Source of the DNA: Phycisphaeraceae bacterium
Lineage (GTDB): Bacteria > Planctomycetota > Phycisphaerae > Phycisphaerales > Zrk34
DNA: 64,000 nt
Assembly: GCA_040905565.1 (NCBI GenBank)
Contig: JBBDRF010000092.1
Coordinates: 146,916 to 210,915 of the forward strand
Direction: 5' to 3'
Shown here: in pieces, positions 9,106 to 20,061 of the stretch
Layout of the letters: each line of letters starts with the position of its first letter
Position numbering within the stretch: position 1 is the first letter of the stretch
The notes under the pieces: generated by a model
The model's input: only the letters and a program-made list of their open reading frames with translations
The model's database searches: none
Told to the model about the DNA's origin: nothing
Program-made: the position numbers and the translations under genes

Positions 9106-12100
9106 TCAGTCGATGTAGATGAATTCGTTCCCGCAGAGGAGGACGTGCGCGTAGAGTTGCCATGCGCGTTGGCCGTTGCCGGCCTGCTCGATGATGTTCT
9201 GGCCGATGGCGATTTCGGGGGCGCGCGGCGGTCTTGTGTAAAGCAGCCGATAGAGCAGGTTGATGCGCGGCTCGACGCCGTCGCCTGCCTGGTCTGCGAC
9301 GCGCTGGGCCAGTGCTGCGGCGCGGTCGAGCACGAAGGGGTTGTTCATCATGAAGAGCGCCTGTGGCGCGACGGTTGATTCTTCACGCTCGGAGATGATG
9401 GCGCGGGGGTTGGCGGCATCGAAGAGGAGGCTCTAGCCGGTGCGATCTGAGCGGACGGCCTGGAGGTAGATGGTGCGGCGCGGGGTGTTGAGATCGGTGA
9501 TGGCGGGGCCGTTGGGGGTGAGATCGAGTTTGCCGGTGACGGCGAGCATGGCATCGCGCAGGGGCTCGGCTTGGAGGCGGCGGCGCAGGATCCTGCCGAG
9601 CATTTTGTACTCGGGATCGGCGGCGCGGGTTTGCGAATCGGCTCGGGTGGACTGGCGGTAAGTGGTGGAGAGCATGATCCGACGGTGGATGGTTTTGATG
9701 GACCATCCGCTTTCGATGAAGGCGTGTGCGAGGTTGTCGAGGAGTTGGGGATGGCTAGGTGTGTTGCCGTGGTTGCCGAAGTTGTCGGGGGTTCGGACGA
9801 GGCCTTCGCCGAAGTGGTGTTGCCAGATGCGATTGACCATGACGCGCGCGGTGAGGGGGTGATCATCGCGGACAAGCCATTGGGCGAGTTGGAGGCGGCC
9901 GCTGGTGTTGTCGGGGATCTGGGGTTGATCGGTTTCGTCGGCGAGAATGCGGGGGAAGCCGCGGGGGACGGAGTCGCCGAGTCGATCGTATCGGCCTCGG
10001 AGATGGATGTGGGCGTCGGCGAAGCCCTCGTGTTCGGAGCCGGGGACGCCGTTTTCGAGGACGCCTTCGATTATGAGGACGGGCTGATTGGCGAGCTGCT
10101 GGGCGTCGGTGCGCTGCTGTCGGAGCTGATTGAGCTGGTCGCGATCGGCTTTCTCCAGCGACTGGGTAACATCGAGGCCACGCCATATGGGGCCGTCGGC
10201 GTCGATGAGCAAGGCGATCAGCTGGGCGTCGGGGGTGGCTTCATCAGGCGTGGGTTCATCCAGCAGGGTTGTGAGGCGATGGGAAGGCTCGGTGCGATCA
10301 TCGTCGGCGGCTTCGTTGGTGAGGGCGGCGACGTAGGCGGCGAGTGCGGAGCCGGCGGGTGGGGTTTGGGGATCAGCGCTGTCGCCGCCGAGGGTGTAGA
10401 AGTGCCAGCGGGGGCGGCCCTGGTCGTCGAGGTGAGGGTTGGTTGCGTCGATGTTGTCGAGGAGGTCTGCGGTTGCCCAGCGATGATCGCCGTCTGCTGA
10501 CTCGATGACGAGGCTGGCGATGGTGGAATCGAAGCTGTGGTCACTGTCGCGGGGATCGATGACGAGGGAGACGACGTCGCCGGGTTGGATGTCGAGACTG
10601 ACGTTTGCGTTTGATTTGCCGCCGCGGTCGTAGGTGCCTTGGGCGACGGTTTGCCTTGCGTCCTTGCGGGATAACTGGAGGGACCAGGCGATGCCGTTGC
10701 CGCCGTTGGGGTCGGCATCGTGGAGGGTGGCAGTGACGTTGATGGCGGTGCGTTCGTCACTGTGCCAGCCGATGGCGACGGATTGATCGGGGGCGGGATG
10801 GACGGCGAGACTTCGCGGGGGGATGGTCCAGGTTGTGGAGCTTAGCGGCTCGTTGAGTTGGTTGGCCATGAGCCAGGGTGTTGTATCCTGACCCCAGCCG
10901 GCGAGGCCGTCCAGAGCGGGTTGCATGCGCCGGGTGAAGAGGCCGTCGATGTGGGGTTGGGCGTCCTGGTTGCCGCCGGCGAAGGTGAGAAGGCGGTCGA
11001 GCAGGGCGTCGTCGGTAGCATCAGGCGCGGCTTCGTCATCGCTTGCGAGGTGATCGGCGAGGGGCTTTAAGCGGCGTACGACCTGCTGGCGGCGATGGGC
11101 GTTCTCGGCGGCTTCGATCTCGCTGGCCAAACGTTGGGCTTGCTCCCCGGCCTGCTGGCGCTGGCGTTGCTCTTGAGGGGACAGCAGTGGGATGTTCACC
11201 ATGGGCGTGCCGGCGGCGGGATCCCCGGGCTCGGGAACGATGTGGCTTGAGAAGAACGAGCCGGCTAAGGCGTAGTAGTCTTCGATGCCGATGGGGTCGT
11301 AAACGTGATCGTGACAGCGGGCGCAGGAGACGGTGAGGCCCATGATGGCGCGGCTGACGACGTCGATCTGGTCGTCAACGATGTCGGTCATCATCTTGCG
11401 CTTGTCGGAGTCGCCTTCCTCCCATGCACCAAGTGCGAGCATGGCGGTGGCTGTGACGCGGTCGGAGTCGTAGCCGCCCTCGACGAGGTCGCCGGCTATT
11501 TGATCGATGATGAACTGGTCGTAGGGGTAGTCGTTGTTGAAGGCGTTGACGACCCAGTCGCGGTAGCGCCAGGCGTTGGCGACGTCGCCTTGGGTACCCG
11601 TGCCGCGTGCGTCTTTGGAATCGGCGTAGCGGACGACGTCGAGCCAGTGCCTGCCCCACCGCTGGCCGTACTGCGGGGAGGCGAGCAGTTCATCGACGAC
11701 CTGCGCGAATGCGTCGTCGGATTCGTCGGTCACGAATGCGCGGACCTGCTCGGGGGTTGGCGGGAGGCCTATAAGATCGAAGTACGCGCGGCGGATGAGT
11801 GTACGGCGGTCCGCTTCCTCGGCGGGCATGAGTTCACGGTGTTCGAGCTCGGCGAGGATGAAGCCATCGATGGGATCGCGGACCCATTGTGTGCGATCGA
11901 CGGTTGGGGGCTCTGTCCACTGCACGGGGGAGAAGGCCCAGTGCTGGCGGGCCTGCTGGACAGCAAAGGAGGAGCCGGCCCATCGATCTTCCGCCTGCTG
12001 GTTACTGGGGGTTCTTCGCGTGGGTCGACGGCGCCGGCCTGTACCCAGCGGACGAAATCGCCACGCGACCTGCTCGGTGAGCCGATCGCGTGGCGGCATC

Positions 12101-12462
12101 TGCAAGGCGGAAACATGGTAGCGGATGGCGCTGATGAGCAGGCTGGCCTCGGCGTCGCCAGGGACGATGGCGGGACCGCTGTCGCCGCCGCGGAGCATGC
12201 CGGCTGCTGAATCGAGGCGGAGGCCGTTGCGTGCGAGGCTGGAGCTGTGGCACTCGAAACAGCGCTCGGCGAGGACGGGGCGGATTTTGCGTTCGAAGTG
12301 CTCGAGTTCCGCTGCTTCGTCGGCGAGCGCTAGATCCCCGCACAACAGAAACCCGAGAAGGAAGGCCGTGGCCGTGATCGACGAGTCGGGATGATCACCA
12401 GAGAGCCCCTTCGTCCGACCGTGAGTTTCACCTTGTCGATTGTATGCCAGCCGGCGGAACAT
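9106..12462 (-). pseudogene. Planctomycete cytochrome c / DUF1549 / DUF1553 protein with lesions
   Basis: CFECH, CARCHDH, NRIWQHHFG. In-frame TAG at 9433-9435 (SDRTG*SLLFDAANP...APQALFMMNN continues to 9106). The expected DFVRWVQAGAVDPRE segment is in another frame near 12005-12065 (two compensating frameshifts). Confidence 0.85.
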
Positions 12463-12504
12463 GGATAATGCGCAGTTTGATGGTGTGGCATTGCTGAGGG
12501 AGGC

Positions 12505-12705
12505 AGCGGGATAGGCGAAGACCTGTTGCCGAGCTTCAGGCGGGAAGTCGTGATCGGCGTCGGGATGGATGATCTCCAGATTCGCTTCGCGCTCGTGAAG
12601 TGCGTAAACAGCTCGGGCAGCTTTGCCTGCGCCGCGCTGCGCCAGCGGAAGTTGCCGTCGCCGATCGGCGCAGAGACCAAGCAGCGGCGGTTGCGACGAG
12701 GGAGC
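12505..12705 (-). pseudogene. Alpha/beta-hydrolase C-terminal fragment
   Basis: Two frames read CLVSAPIGDGNFRWRSAA and AARAVYALHEREANLEIIHPDADHDFPPEARQQVFAY, resembling the catalytic-His end (HDFP) of dienelactone-hydrolase-like proteins. Confidence 0.55.
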
Positions 12706-12728
12706 GGCCGTTGCGTTCGCCGGACGCC

Positions 12729-15700
12729 CTACTGAGCGTCCTCCAGGAACTTGATAAGGTCGGCCATTTGTTGCGGGTCTATGGCGCCTTCGAGTCCTTC
12801 GGGCATCAGTGAGTTTCCGGAAGTTTGTATGGTTTTGATGTTGCTTCGGGGGATTTGTTGTTCGACACCTCCGCCGGGACTCAGGGTAATGCTGTTGGCG
12901 GATTCGGCCGTCATGACGCCCATGAACGTCTCATCGTCTTCAGTTTCGACGATGTAGATGGAGAACTGCGGATCAACCTGGGCGTTTGGGTTGAGCACGG
13001 CGGCGACGATCGCATCCTGGCCGCGCGTGACGAAGGCTCGGAGGTTGGGGCCGAGGTCGTCGCCGGTTCCGTCGACTGCATGGCATGTGGCGCATGCTGC
13101 GGCGAAGACGATGCGTCCGCGGTCGGCATCGCCCTGAAGATCGGTCATTTCCTGGAGGTAAATGTCGATGAGCTCGCGTCGATCTGACGACTCCGCTGCG
13201 TCCGTGAGAACAGCCCCGGCCCGGGCGGCGAGGTCGGCATTAGGATCGTTGCGGAGGCGGATGGCATTGGGCAACGTGACGTGAGTTGCGGAAAAGTTCC
13301 CGTTCTCGATGGCCTCGATGAGCCTGGTGCGCCGTTCGGGTCGAGCGAGGAGTGCGTCCATGGCCGAGGCTCGTACGCTGGAGCCCAGACCGCCCCAGCG
13401 TTCGATGAGCAGATCGGCCACGGCTGCATCGCGATGCCGGGCTAACATTTGCAGTGCGGCGGCCTGCACCTCGATCGGTTCGCGGGGGGCGAGCAAGCTG
13501 GCAAGGTCTTCTGCGGTTGCGTCGAAGCTCAGCAGGCCGAATGTTTCGATTGCCTCAATGCGATCATGCGTGGAAGCGTCGGCGTCGGTGACGAGGACGT
13601 GAGCGTCTTCGAACAATCGGTCGAGGCTGGCCAGCAGTTGGGGATCATCAGCCAGCGCGCGGCGCAGTTGCGCCAGGCCCATGCCGCGCGCCAAGCCGAG
13701 CAGCACGGCCCGGTGCGCCCCCTCCGAATCGGCGTCGCTGAGCGCATCAAGTGAACGATCGACTTTCTCGGCCTCCCCGGCCGCTCCGACCTGCCGCGCG
13801 AGTTCTTCCAGAACGGCACGCCCGGCGGAGGCCTTCGTGAACTCGGCGTCGCCGACGAGCCCGGTGAGGATGTCCGCCTGAACGTCGGCCAGCGAACTGA
13901 ACACAGCCATGCGCATCCAGCGATCGTCGCCGTCGCTCTTAAGTAGCGTGGTGAGTGCGTCGTGGCGTGCCGGATCGTTGCTTTCGCCAAGCGTGAAGGC
14001 GAGTTGATACCGGACGCGCATATCATCGTCGGAGGCCAGAGCCAATAGATCGCTCAGCAGTTCCTCCGATTCGGTGAGCATTGCTTCGGCAAGGCGGATG
14101 GCGTTTTCGCGCACCGGGCCGTGCTCGTCGCCGAGGCCGAGGCGAACATGTTCAAGCTCGAGAGCGCCGAGGCCCTGCAGGGCGTACAGGGCGTGAAGGC
14201 GGCCGAGGGGTTGGTCGCTTTGGGCGAGCAGGTCGTTCAGCAGCACTATGGCCTCTACGTCCTGGCGTTCGTGCAGCAGTCGTGCTGCGGTAAGCCGGTG
14301 CCAGTGGTTTGGATGTTCGAGTAAGTTGACGAGTTCTTCGGTAGAAGCTTCGCTGAGGGCGGGGACAGCTCGAGGTTCGAAATCATCGGGCACGATGCGG
14401 TAGATGCGACCACGATCCCGGCCGGCGGTGAGATCGAGGTGCCGCTTGATTGAGTCGGGCAGGCTCCATGGATGTTCGATCACCTCGCGATACATATCGG
14501 CCACCCAGAGTGTGCCGTCGGGTGCGTGGGTGATCCAGACGGGGCGGAACCAGTTGTCGGCAGTGCGTAACCATTCGGTGTCTTCATCGATGCGTACACC
14601 GCGCATGGCGACGCCGTCGGGTTCGAGACGTTCGCGATGAACGAGATTGTTGTCTGGTGCTGCGATGACTGCTGCCCCGCTCATCTGCTGCTCGTAGGCG
14701 TCGCCCTGATAGATGGTGATGGCGGAAGCTGCGGAGACGTAGCCGTGGAGTTCGCCGTCGCGTTCGACGGGCCCGCTGAGTTGTCCGGTTGTGCGAAGGC
14801 GTGTCCGCACGACGCGCCAGGGCTCGGGGGGGCTGATTCTAAGAAGGTCGGCGCGCTGACCGCCGTCGCCGATGGTCAGCAGCGGCGACGGCGTCTGCAA
14901 ATGCGGGTTCCGGGCGACGTAGCGGTTCTCGAACATGACCATCTGGTTGTGAATGTGATTGACGCACGTGAATAGCCGGCCCCATGCGTCGAAGCTTGCC
15001 CCCCACTGGTTTCCCCCACTGCTGAAGCCGAGTTCGCGGGTGTGGGGGTCGAAGTTGAATTCGCGGCCGCGCATGGAGATCGCTGCATCGGGATTGTCGA
15101 CGGGATGGATTTGCGTGCCGCGCGTGGGGGTGCCGTGGATCCGGTTGTCGAGGCCCCAGCGTAGGGAGTTCACCAGCTGCTGGACGTTGAGTTGACTCAG
15201 GTCGGCTGGGGCCATGCCGCTGAAGACAACCTCGCGATGGTCGGCTTTTCCGTCGCCGGTGGTGTCGGCGATGTAGAGCAAGTCCGGCGCCGCGCCGACG
15301 AAGATGCCGCCGTCCCACGCGAAGATGGCGGTGGGCCAGCGTAGCCCCTCTGCAAACGTATGCGCCTGATCCATTCGCCCGTCGCCGTTGGTGTCTTCGA
15401 GGATGCGAATGCGGCCGATGGCCTCGTCACGTTCTTCGCTGTAGCCGCCCATTTCCGCCACGTAGAGTCGCCCGTCCTCATCGAACGCCATGGCCACTGG
15501 ATCGGTGACGAGTGGTTCGGCGGCCACGAGCTCCACGCGGTATCCGTCGGCGACCTCGAAAGCCCGGAGCGCCGCGTCGGGCTCAAGGGGTTCGATGCGG
15601 GGTAGCTCACCGGCGAAATCCTTCTCCGCGGCCGACGTCGAAGGCAACAGCATCGCAACGACGACCACGCTGAAGCAGCCACACTTCAGCGCAAGCGAAC

Positions 15701-15740
15701 ACAAACGGCACACTTGGACACGGCATGGCAGCTCAAACAT
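12729..15740 (-). CDS. PVC-type haem-binding CxxCH protein (membrane-bound dehydrogenase-like propeller, HEAT repeats, cytochrome c)
   Basis: VELVAAEPLVTDPVAMAFDEDGRLYV, DNWFRPV, HEAT-like helical middle, CATCH...GPNL, SLMPEGLE. Confidence 0.92.
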   Translation of the reverse strand: MFELPCRVQVCRLCSLALKCGCFSVVVVAMLLPSTSAAEKDFAGELPRIEPLEPDAALRAFEVADGYRVELVAAEPLVTDPVAMAFDEDGRLYVAEMGGYSEERDEAIGRIRILEDTNGDGRMDQAHTFAEGLRWPTAIFAWDGGIFVGAAPDLLYIADTTGDGKADHREVVFSGMAPADLSQLNVQQLVNSLRWGLDNRIHGTPTRGTQIHPVDNPDAAISMRGREFNFDPHTRELGFSSGGNQWGASFDAWGRLFTCVNHIHNQMVMFENRYVARNPHLQTPSPLLTIGDGGQRADLLRISPPEPWRVVRTRLRTTGQLSGPVERDGELHGYVSAASAITIYQGDAYEQQMSGAAVIAAPDNNLVHRERLEPDGVAMRGVRIDEDTEWLRTADNWFRPVWITHAPDGTLWVADMYREVIEHPWSLPDSIKRHLDLTAGRDRGRIYRIVPDDFEPRAVPALSEASTEELVNLLEHPNHWHRLTAARLLHERQDVEAIVLLNDLLAQSDQPLGRLHALYALQGLGALELEHVRLGLGDEHGPVRENAIRLAEAMLTESEELLSDLLALASDDDMRVRYQLAFTLGESNDPARHDALTTLLKSDGDDRWMRMAVFSSLADVQADILTGLVGDAEFTKASAGRAVLEELARQVGAAGEAEKVDRSLDALSDADSEGAHRAVLLGLARGMGLAQLRRALADDPQLLASLDRLFEDAHVLVTDADASTHDRIEAIETFGLLSFDATAEDLASLLAPREPIEVQAAALQMLARHRDAAVADLLIERWGGLGSSVRASAMDALLARPERRTRLIEAIENGNFSATHVTLPNAIRLRNDPNADLAARAGAVLTDAAESSDRRELIDIYLQEMTDLQGDADRGRIVFAAACATCHAVDGTGDDLGPNLRAFVTRGQDAIVAAVLNPNAQVDPQFSIYIVETEDDETFMGVMTAESANSITLSPGGGVEQQIPRSNIKTIQTSGNSLMPEGLEGAIDPQQMADLIKFLEDAQ

Positions 15741-15899
15741 GCGACTTCTCCGATTGAAAGGAAAACACTGGCGGCCCGAGAAAATCGTCGATACAGTAAC
15801 CTTGATTTCACGCGAAAGCCACGGTGGTCGTTTGGTACGCTTTTCACCAGTCCGCAGCGGGTAGGCGTGGAAGTCTCAAACGCAGCTCGAAGGGAGCAA

Positions 15900-18452
15900 A
15901 TGATGCGATCATTGTACAGCAAGGGCGTCGGTTGGCTGGTGATGGTCGGAGCGATGGTGCTGGTTACGACGAGTGTCGGAATGGCTGATGAGCTTCGCGT
16001 TGCGACGTTCGAGGCCGATGCGACGCCGCCGGTCGGCACCCCCCTTACGTACCAGGAAGCGGAAGAAATTGTTGAGCCGCTGATCGTCCGAGGCATCGTT
16101 CTGCTCGGCGCCGGCGAGCCCATCGTGCTGTGCGCGGTCGACTGGATCGGCATCGGCAACGAGGCCTACGACGCCTGGCGCGAAGCGCTGGCGGAGGCGG
16201 CGGGCACAAGCGTCCAACGCGTTTCGGTTCACACGCTTCATCAGCACGATGCGCCGATCGCAGACTTCAGTGCGGACGACCTGCTCATAGAGCAGGGCAT
16301 TGGCGGGATCATGTTCGACCGCGCGTTCGTTGAGGGGACGATCGAACGCACAGCCGATGCTGTTCGCGCCGCGCTGGAGGGCGCGCAGCCTGTGACGCAT
16401 GTGGGCCTGGGGCGTGGGCTGGTTCATGAGGTGGCTTCGGATCGACGGTTGCTCAATCGCGAGGGGCGTGTGCAGTTGATGCGTTTCAGTTCATCGCGGA
16501 ACGCGTTGGCGCGTGCTGCTCCCGCCGGCCGTGTTGATCCGGAGGTGAAGCTCGTGAGCTTGTGGCAGGACGATGAGCCGTTGGTTGTGCTCAGTTACTT
16601 TGCGACGCACCCGCAGAGCTACTACCTCACAGGCGGCGCGAATCCGGATTTTCCGGGCATCGCCCGCGCTATGCGTGATGAAGCTGTGACGACGCACGTC
16701 CACTTCACCGGTGCCGCGGGGAACGTGGCTGCCGGGAAGTGGAACGACGGCTCGACAAAGTATCGGCAGATCCTCGCTGAGCGTCTTGCTGACGGCATGG
16801 CCCGTGCGTGGGACGCTACCGAACGCACGACCATTGAAGCGGATGATGTCGGCTGGCGCGTGCGGTCGGTCGCCCTGCCTCTGGCGGAACATCTTGACGC
16901 GGAAAATCTTGAGCAGATTGTCGCCGATGAAGCGGCCGATCCGGTTGCCCGCGCCAACGCAGCTCGGAATCTTGCGTGGCTTCGGCGTTGCGAAGAGGGG
17001 CACGAGATCGACCTTTCGGCGCTCAGGCTCGGACCGGCGCGCATTCTTAACATGCCGGGCGAGTTGCTGGTGGAGTATCAACTCGAGGCAGCGGCGCTCT
17101 ACCCTGACGATTTCATCGCCATGGCTGCCTATACCGACTACGCCCCCGGCTACATCGGTACGGAGATTCAGTACGAGCAGGGAGGCTATGAAACGGGGCC
17201 CGTGGCCTCGCGCGTTTCGCCTCAGGTGGAGCACGTTTTGCGGCCGGTGCTGGCCGAGCTTCTGGACTTCGAAGCGTTCGCGGCGGATCGGCGACGCCTT
17301 GAGGAGGCGGGATATCAGCTTGAGCGATCGGTTGTGCATCGAGGTTTTGACGGCGAGCAATGCTGGGTGCATGCGCGGGCGGCCGTAATCCCGGCCGATG
17401 CGTGGGATAATCCGATCGGGCGGCGCACGGTGATTCTTACGGCGCAGAAGCTTGATGATTCCGGTTCGGATGTTTTTCACGGGCTGCACACCTTCCGCAG
17501 CCGCGACGCGGGACTTACCTGGGAAGGGCCATTCGACGAGCCGACCCTTGAGCGTGAGGAACTTCAGGCCGGCCGGGAGCGTGTGGTATCCGACTTCACC
17601 CCGCAGTGGCACGCCGCGAGCGGGAAGCTTCTAGGCATCGGCCACACTGTGGAGTATGAAGAGAACACGGTTGCGCCGGTTCGGTCGCGTGCCACTGCTT
17701 ACGCGGTTTACGAACCGGAGAACCATGCCTGGGGTGAATGGCGGGAACTGGAGATGCCCGACGAGGCACGCTTCCAGAACGCCGGTGCAGGTTCGGTGCA
17801 GCGTGTGGATCTCGACGACGGCACCATCCTCCTGCCCATCTATTTCAAAGAGCCCGAGGCCGACCAGTACCACGTCACGGTACTCCGCTGTGTTTTCGAT
17901 GGCGAGACGCTGGAATACGTCGAGCATGGCGACACGATGACGGTGGACGCAGGACGCGGCCTCGCCGAACCGAGCCTTACCCGCCACGACGGACGCTTCT
18001 ACCTCACCATGCGCAACGACGAAGCGGGCTACGTAACACACAGCGACGACGGCCTGTCCTACCAACCGCCCAAGCGGTGGACGTTTGATGACGGCCGCCC
18101 CCTGGGCAACTACAACACGCAGCAGCACTGGGTCAGCCACAGCAACGGGCTCTATCTTGCCTACACCCGTCGTGGGCTTGATAACGATCACGTCCACCGT
18201 CACCGTGCCCCGCTCCTGCTCGCCCGCGTGGCCCCCCAGCGTTTGAACGTAATCGAAAGCACGGAGCGCGTGATCGTCCCGGAACGCGGCGCGCGGTTGG
18301 GCAACTTCGGCGTCGTGGATGTGAGTGCGGAGGAAACCTGGGTGGTTGCTGCGGAGTGGATGCAGCCCTCGACGGCTGAGACGCACGGCAGCGACAACAC
18401 CATCCACCTCGCCCGCCTCAAGTGGCTCACGCCGGCGTCTGACGAGGAGTGA
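15900..18452 (+). CDS. Secreted fusion: ceramidase-like amidohydrolase domain plus BNR/sialidase-like beta-propeller
   Basis: Signal peptide; N-half HTLHQHDAP, FATHPQSYY, MPGELLVEYQL, GGYE; C-half Asp-box-like SRDAGLTW and HSDDGLSY, NYNTQQHW, HRAPL, LGNFGV. Confidence 0.8.
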   Translation: MMRSLYSKGVGWLVMVGAMVLVTTSVGMADELRVATFEADATPPVGTPLTYQEAEEIVEPLIVRGIVLLGAGEPIVLCAVDWIGIGNEAYDAWREALAEAAGTSVQRVSVHTLHQHDAPIADFSADDLLIEQGIGGIMFDRAFVEGTIERTADAVRAALEGAQPVTHVGLGRGLVHEVASDRRLLNREGRVQLMRFSSSRNALARAAPAGRVDPEVKLVSLWQDDEPLVVLSYFATHPQSYYLTGGANPDFPGIARAMRDEAVTTHVHFTGAAGNVAAGKWNDGSTKYRQILAERLADGMARAWDATERTTIEADDVGWRVRSVALPLAEHLDAENLEQIVADEAADPVARANAARNLAWLRRCEEGHEIDLSALRLGPARILNMPGELLVEYQLEAAALYPDDFIAMAAYTDYAPGYIGTEIQYEQGGYETGPVASRVSPQVEHVLRPVLAELLDFEAFAADRRRLEEAGYQLERSVVHRGFDGEQCWVHARAAVIPADAWDNPIGRRTVILTAQKLDDSGSDVFHGLHTFRSRDAGLTWEGPFDEPTLEREELQAGRERVVSDFTPQWHAASGKLLGIGHTVEYEENTVAPVRSRATAYAVYEPENHAWGEWRELEMPDEARFQNAGAGSVQRVDLDDGTILLPIYFKEPEADQYHVTVLRCVFDGETLEYVEHGDTMTVDAGRGLAEPSLTRHDGRFYLTMRNDEAGYVTHSDDGLSYQPPKRWTFDDGRPLGNYNTQQHWVSHSNGLYLAYTRRGLDNDHVHRHRAPLLLARVAPQRLNVIESTERVIVPERGARLGNFGVVDVSAEETWVVAAEWMQPSTAETHGSDNTIHLARLKWLTPASDEE

Positions 18453-18851
18453 GTGCGGGGGCGCGCTTGCCTACGCCGACGGCAAACGGGCGCCATACCT
18501 GCTCATTGGCCGAAGCGGGAAGGGATGACGATGGGGAGACGACGGTTCGAGTTGTGTAGCCAACGCGTTCCCAAGCCGGAGGGTTTCGGCGACGCAAAAA
18601 TAGCCGCATGGAGCAGACCAGTCAGTTCCTGATACTTGCCGTCAGCCTTATCGGAGCACGATCCAATAACTCGTTTGCAAGAAGCGGCCGGGCGCGAGTC
18701 GCCCGATGGATACGTGAACGCCGCTGGCTGGGAGCGGGCACGCCGCGGGGCCTGGCGGCGATCCTGAGGAGTTCGGCGGCTGCCTGCGAGCGGCGACGGA
18801 AACCTGTCGAGCCTGATTGAAGCGGGCCACCGCCGTGTTCGAACGTAACCA

Positions 18852-18916
18852 ACTGCTGAACCCGTATTTCGCGGGATCGGTAGACGCAAGGGGTTGTGGC
18901 TTTGGAGTTGCTGGCT
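18852..18916. repeat. ~65-bp dispersed repeat, copy A (copy B at 31773-31835)
   Basis: actgctgaacccgtatttcgcgggatcggtagacgcaaggggttgtggctttggagttgctggct versus actgctgaaccggacttcgcgggatcggtcagcgcaagggttgtggcgttggaactgctggct. Confidence 0.85.
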
Positions 18917-18982
18917 GTCAGAGATACTTGGCCCAATAGGCGTGCGACGACCGTTTTTGCCATCTGTGGGAGGTGGCTGGCA

Positions 18983-19024
18983 GTGGGCCAAAATGTCGGC
19001 CTCTTGTTATCACGGTACTTACGG
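18983..19024 (+). repeat. Left copy of an imperfect 42-bp inverted repeat (partner 34630-34671)
   Basis: gtgggccaaaatgtcgg...gtta...acttacgg matches the reverse complement of 34630-34671 at 31/42 ungapped positions (16 of the first 17). Confidence 0.75.
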
Positions 19025-19226
19025 ACGCGGCTCGTGAGACCGGCGCAAACCAAGGGAGGCGGCGGAGGTGACAGGTGATGCTGCCCATCGAGTTGTGGAC
19101 CCGTCGGTTGGGGTGAGGAAATCGCAATCGGTGCGTGCCAAGCCGTCGCGGCCGGGCTTGGCGCAAACCATCATACCGCACGCTACGATCGGCATCCCCG
19201 CCCCAGTGGCGCGAGTCGGCGCAACC

Positions 19227-19826
19227 TCACGCCGCCTTCCGCTCGTAGTGGCTCAGCAACCCGCCCAGCAGTTGCGTGCGTTGCACCCGCCCGATCGAAC
19301 CCGCCACCTCCTCCACGGGCGGCTCGTTCCCCTCGCCCAGCGGTACATTGCCCAGCGACTGGTGTGGCCGCATCGGGTTGTGGTATCGCACGTACGTCTG
19401 CACGATGTGATCGAGATACGGCAGGCTGAAGCACCCCAGCGCGTTCAGGCACGCTTGAGGCTGCCGATCCAGGACTCGGCGAACGAATTCGCCATGGGCA
19501 ACTGGAACGGCGTCTTCACGACGCCCTCGCCAACACGGCAAAAATTGCTCGTCGAACGCCTCCGTGTACTTCGTGTCGCGATCCCGGAGAAGGAACCGCA
19601 TCTCCAGCGCCTCGTCCTCTACCCACATCGTGACGTTCCGCGCTTGCTGCTGCATCCACTCGCCGGTGGGCTGATACGTGCTCGGCGAGACAAACACCTT
19701 CCGCGTGCCGAGGTGGATGAACATCAGGCAGTACGCCATGTGCTTCCCGGTCGGCGTCCACACCGATTCGCAGAAGAAGTCCGTGGCCACCATGCAGTCG
19801 AGGTGCGCCGCCAGGAAGGTTCGCCA
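19227..19826 (-). mobile_element. Integrase-core (rve/DDE) transposase remnant 1, 5'-truncated and frameshifted
   Basis: WRTFLAAHLDCMVATDFF, FLLRDRDTKYT, YHNxxRPHQSLGN, LGGLLSHYERKAA. Confidence 0.85.
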
Positions 19827-19900
19827 TCCACGCATTCGAACACCCCGACCTCACCTTCAACCCGCGAGCACTGTGCGCGGTGGTGGCGTGGGAGTTTTGA
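19825..19900 (+). repeat. 76-bp direct repeat, equal to the 3' end of the unknown ORF at 34769-35278
   Basis: 70/76 identical to 35203-35278; encodes IHAFEHPDLTFNPRALCAVVAWEF*. Confidence 0.9.
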
Positions 19901-20061
19901 CGCCGGGGCAGTGACTAGGTAAGTGAATTCCTCGTGGACCGCGCCCGCCGCGGGGGCTCGGCCGGCTGATGATAAAAAAAACTGATTACGTTCTTTTTCT
20001 AAAGGAATGATGCTCATAAGCTGAAGTAGCAGCACAGGCCTTAGCGGGGAAGGGCAACGCA

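Noticed and set aside
18453..18815. Short ORFs and a GGCAAA...GACGCAAA resemblance to a c-di-GMP-I riboswitch
   Set aside because: The two motifs are about 105 bp apart with no GAAA-capped stem between them, and the ORFs have no recognisable motifs.
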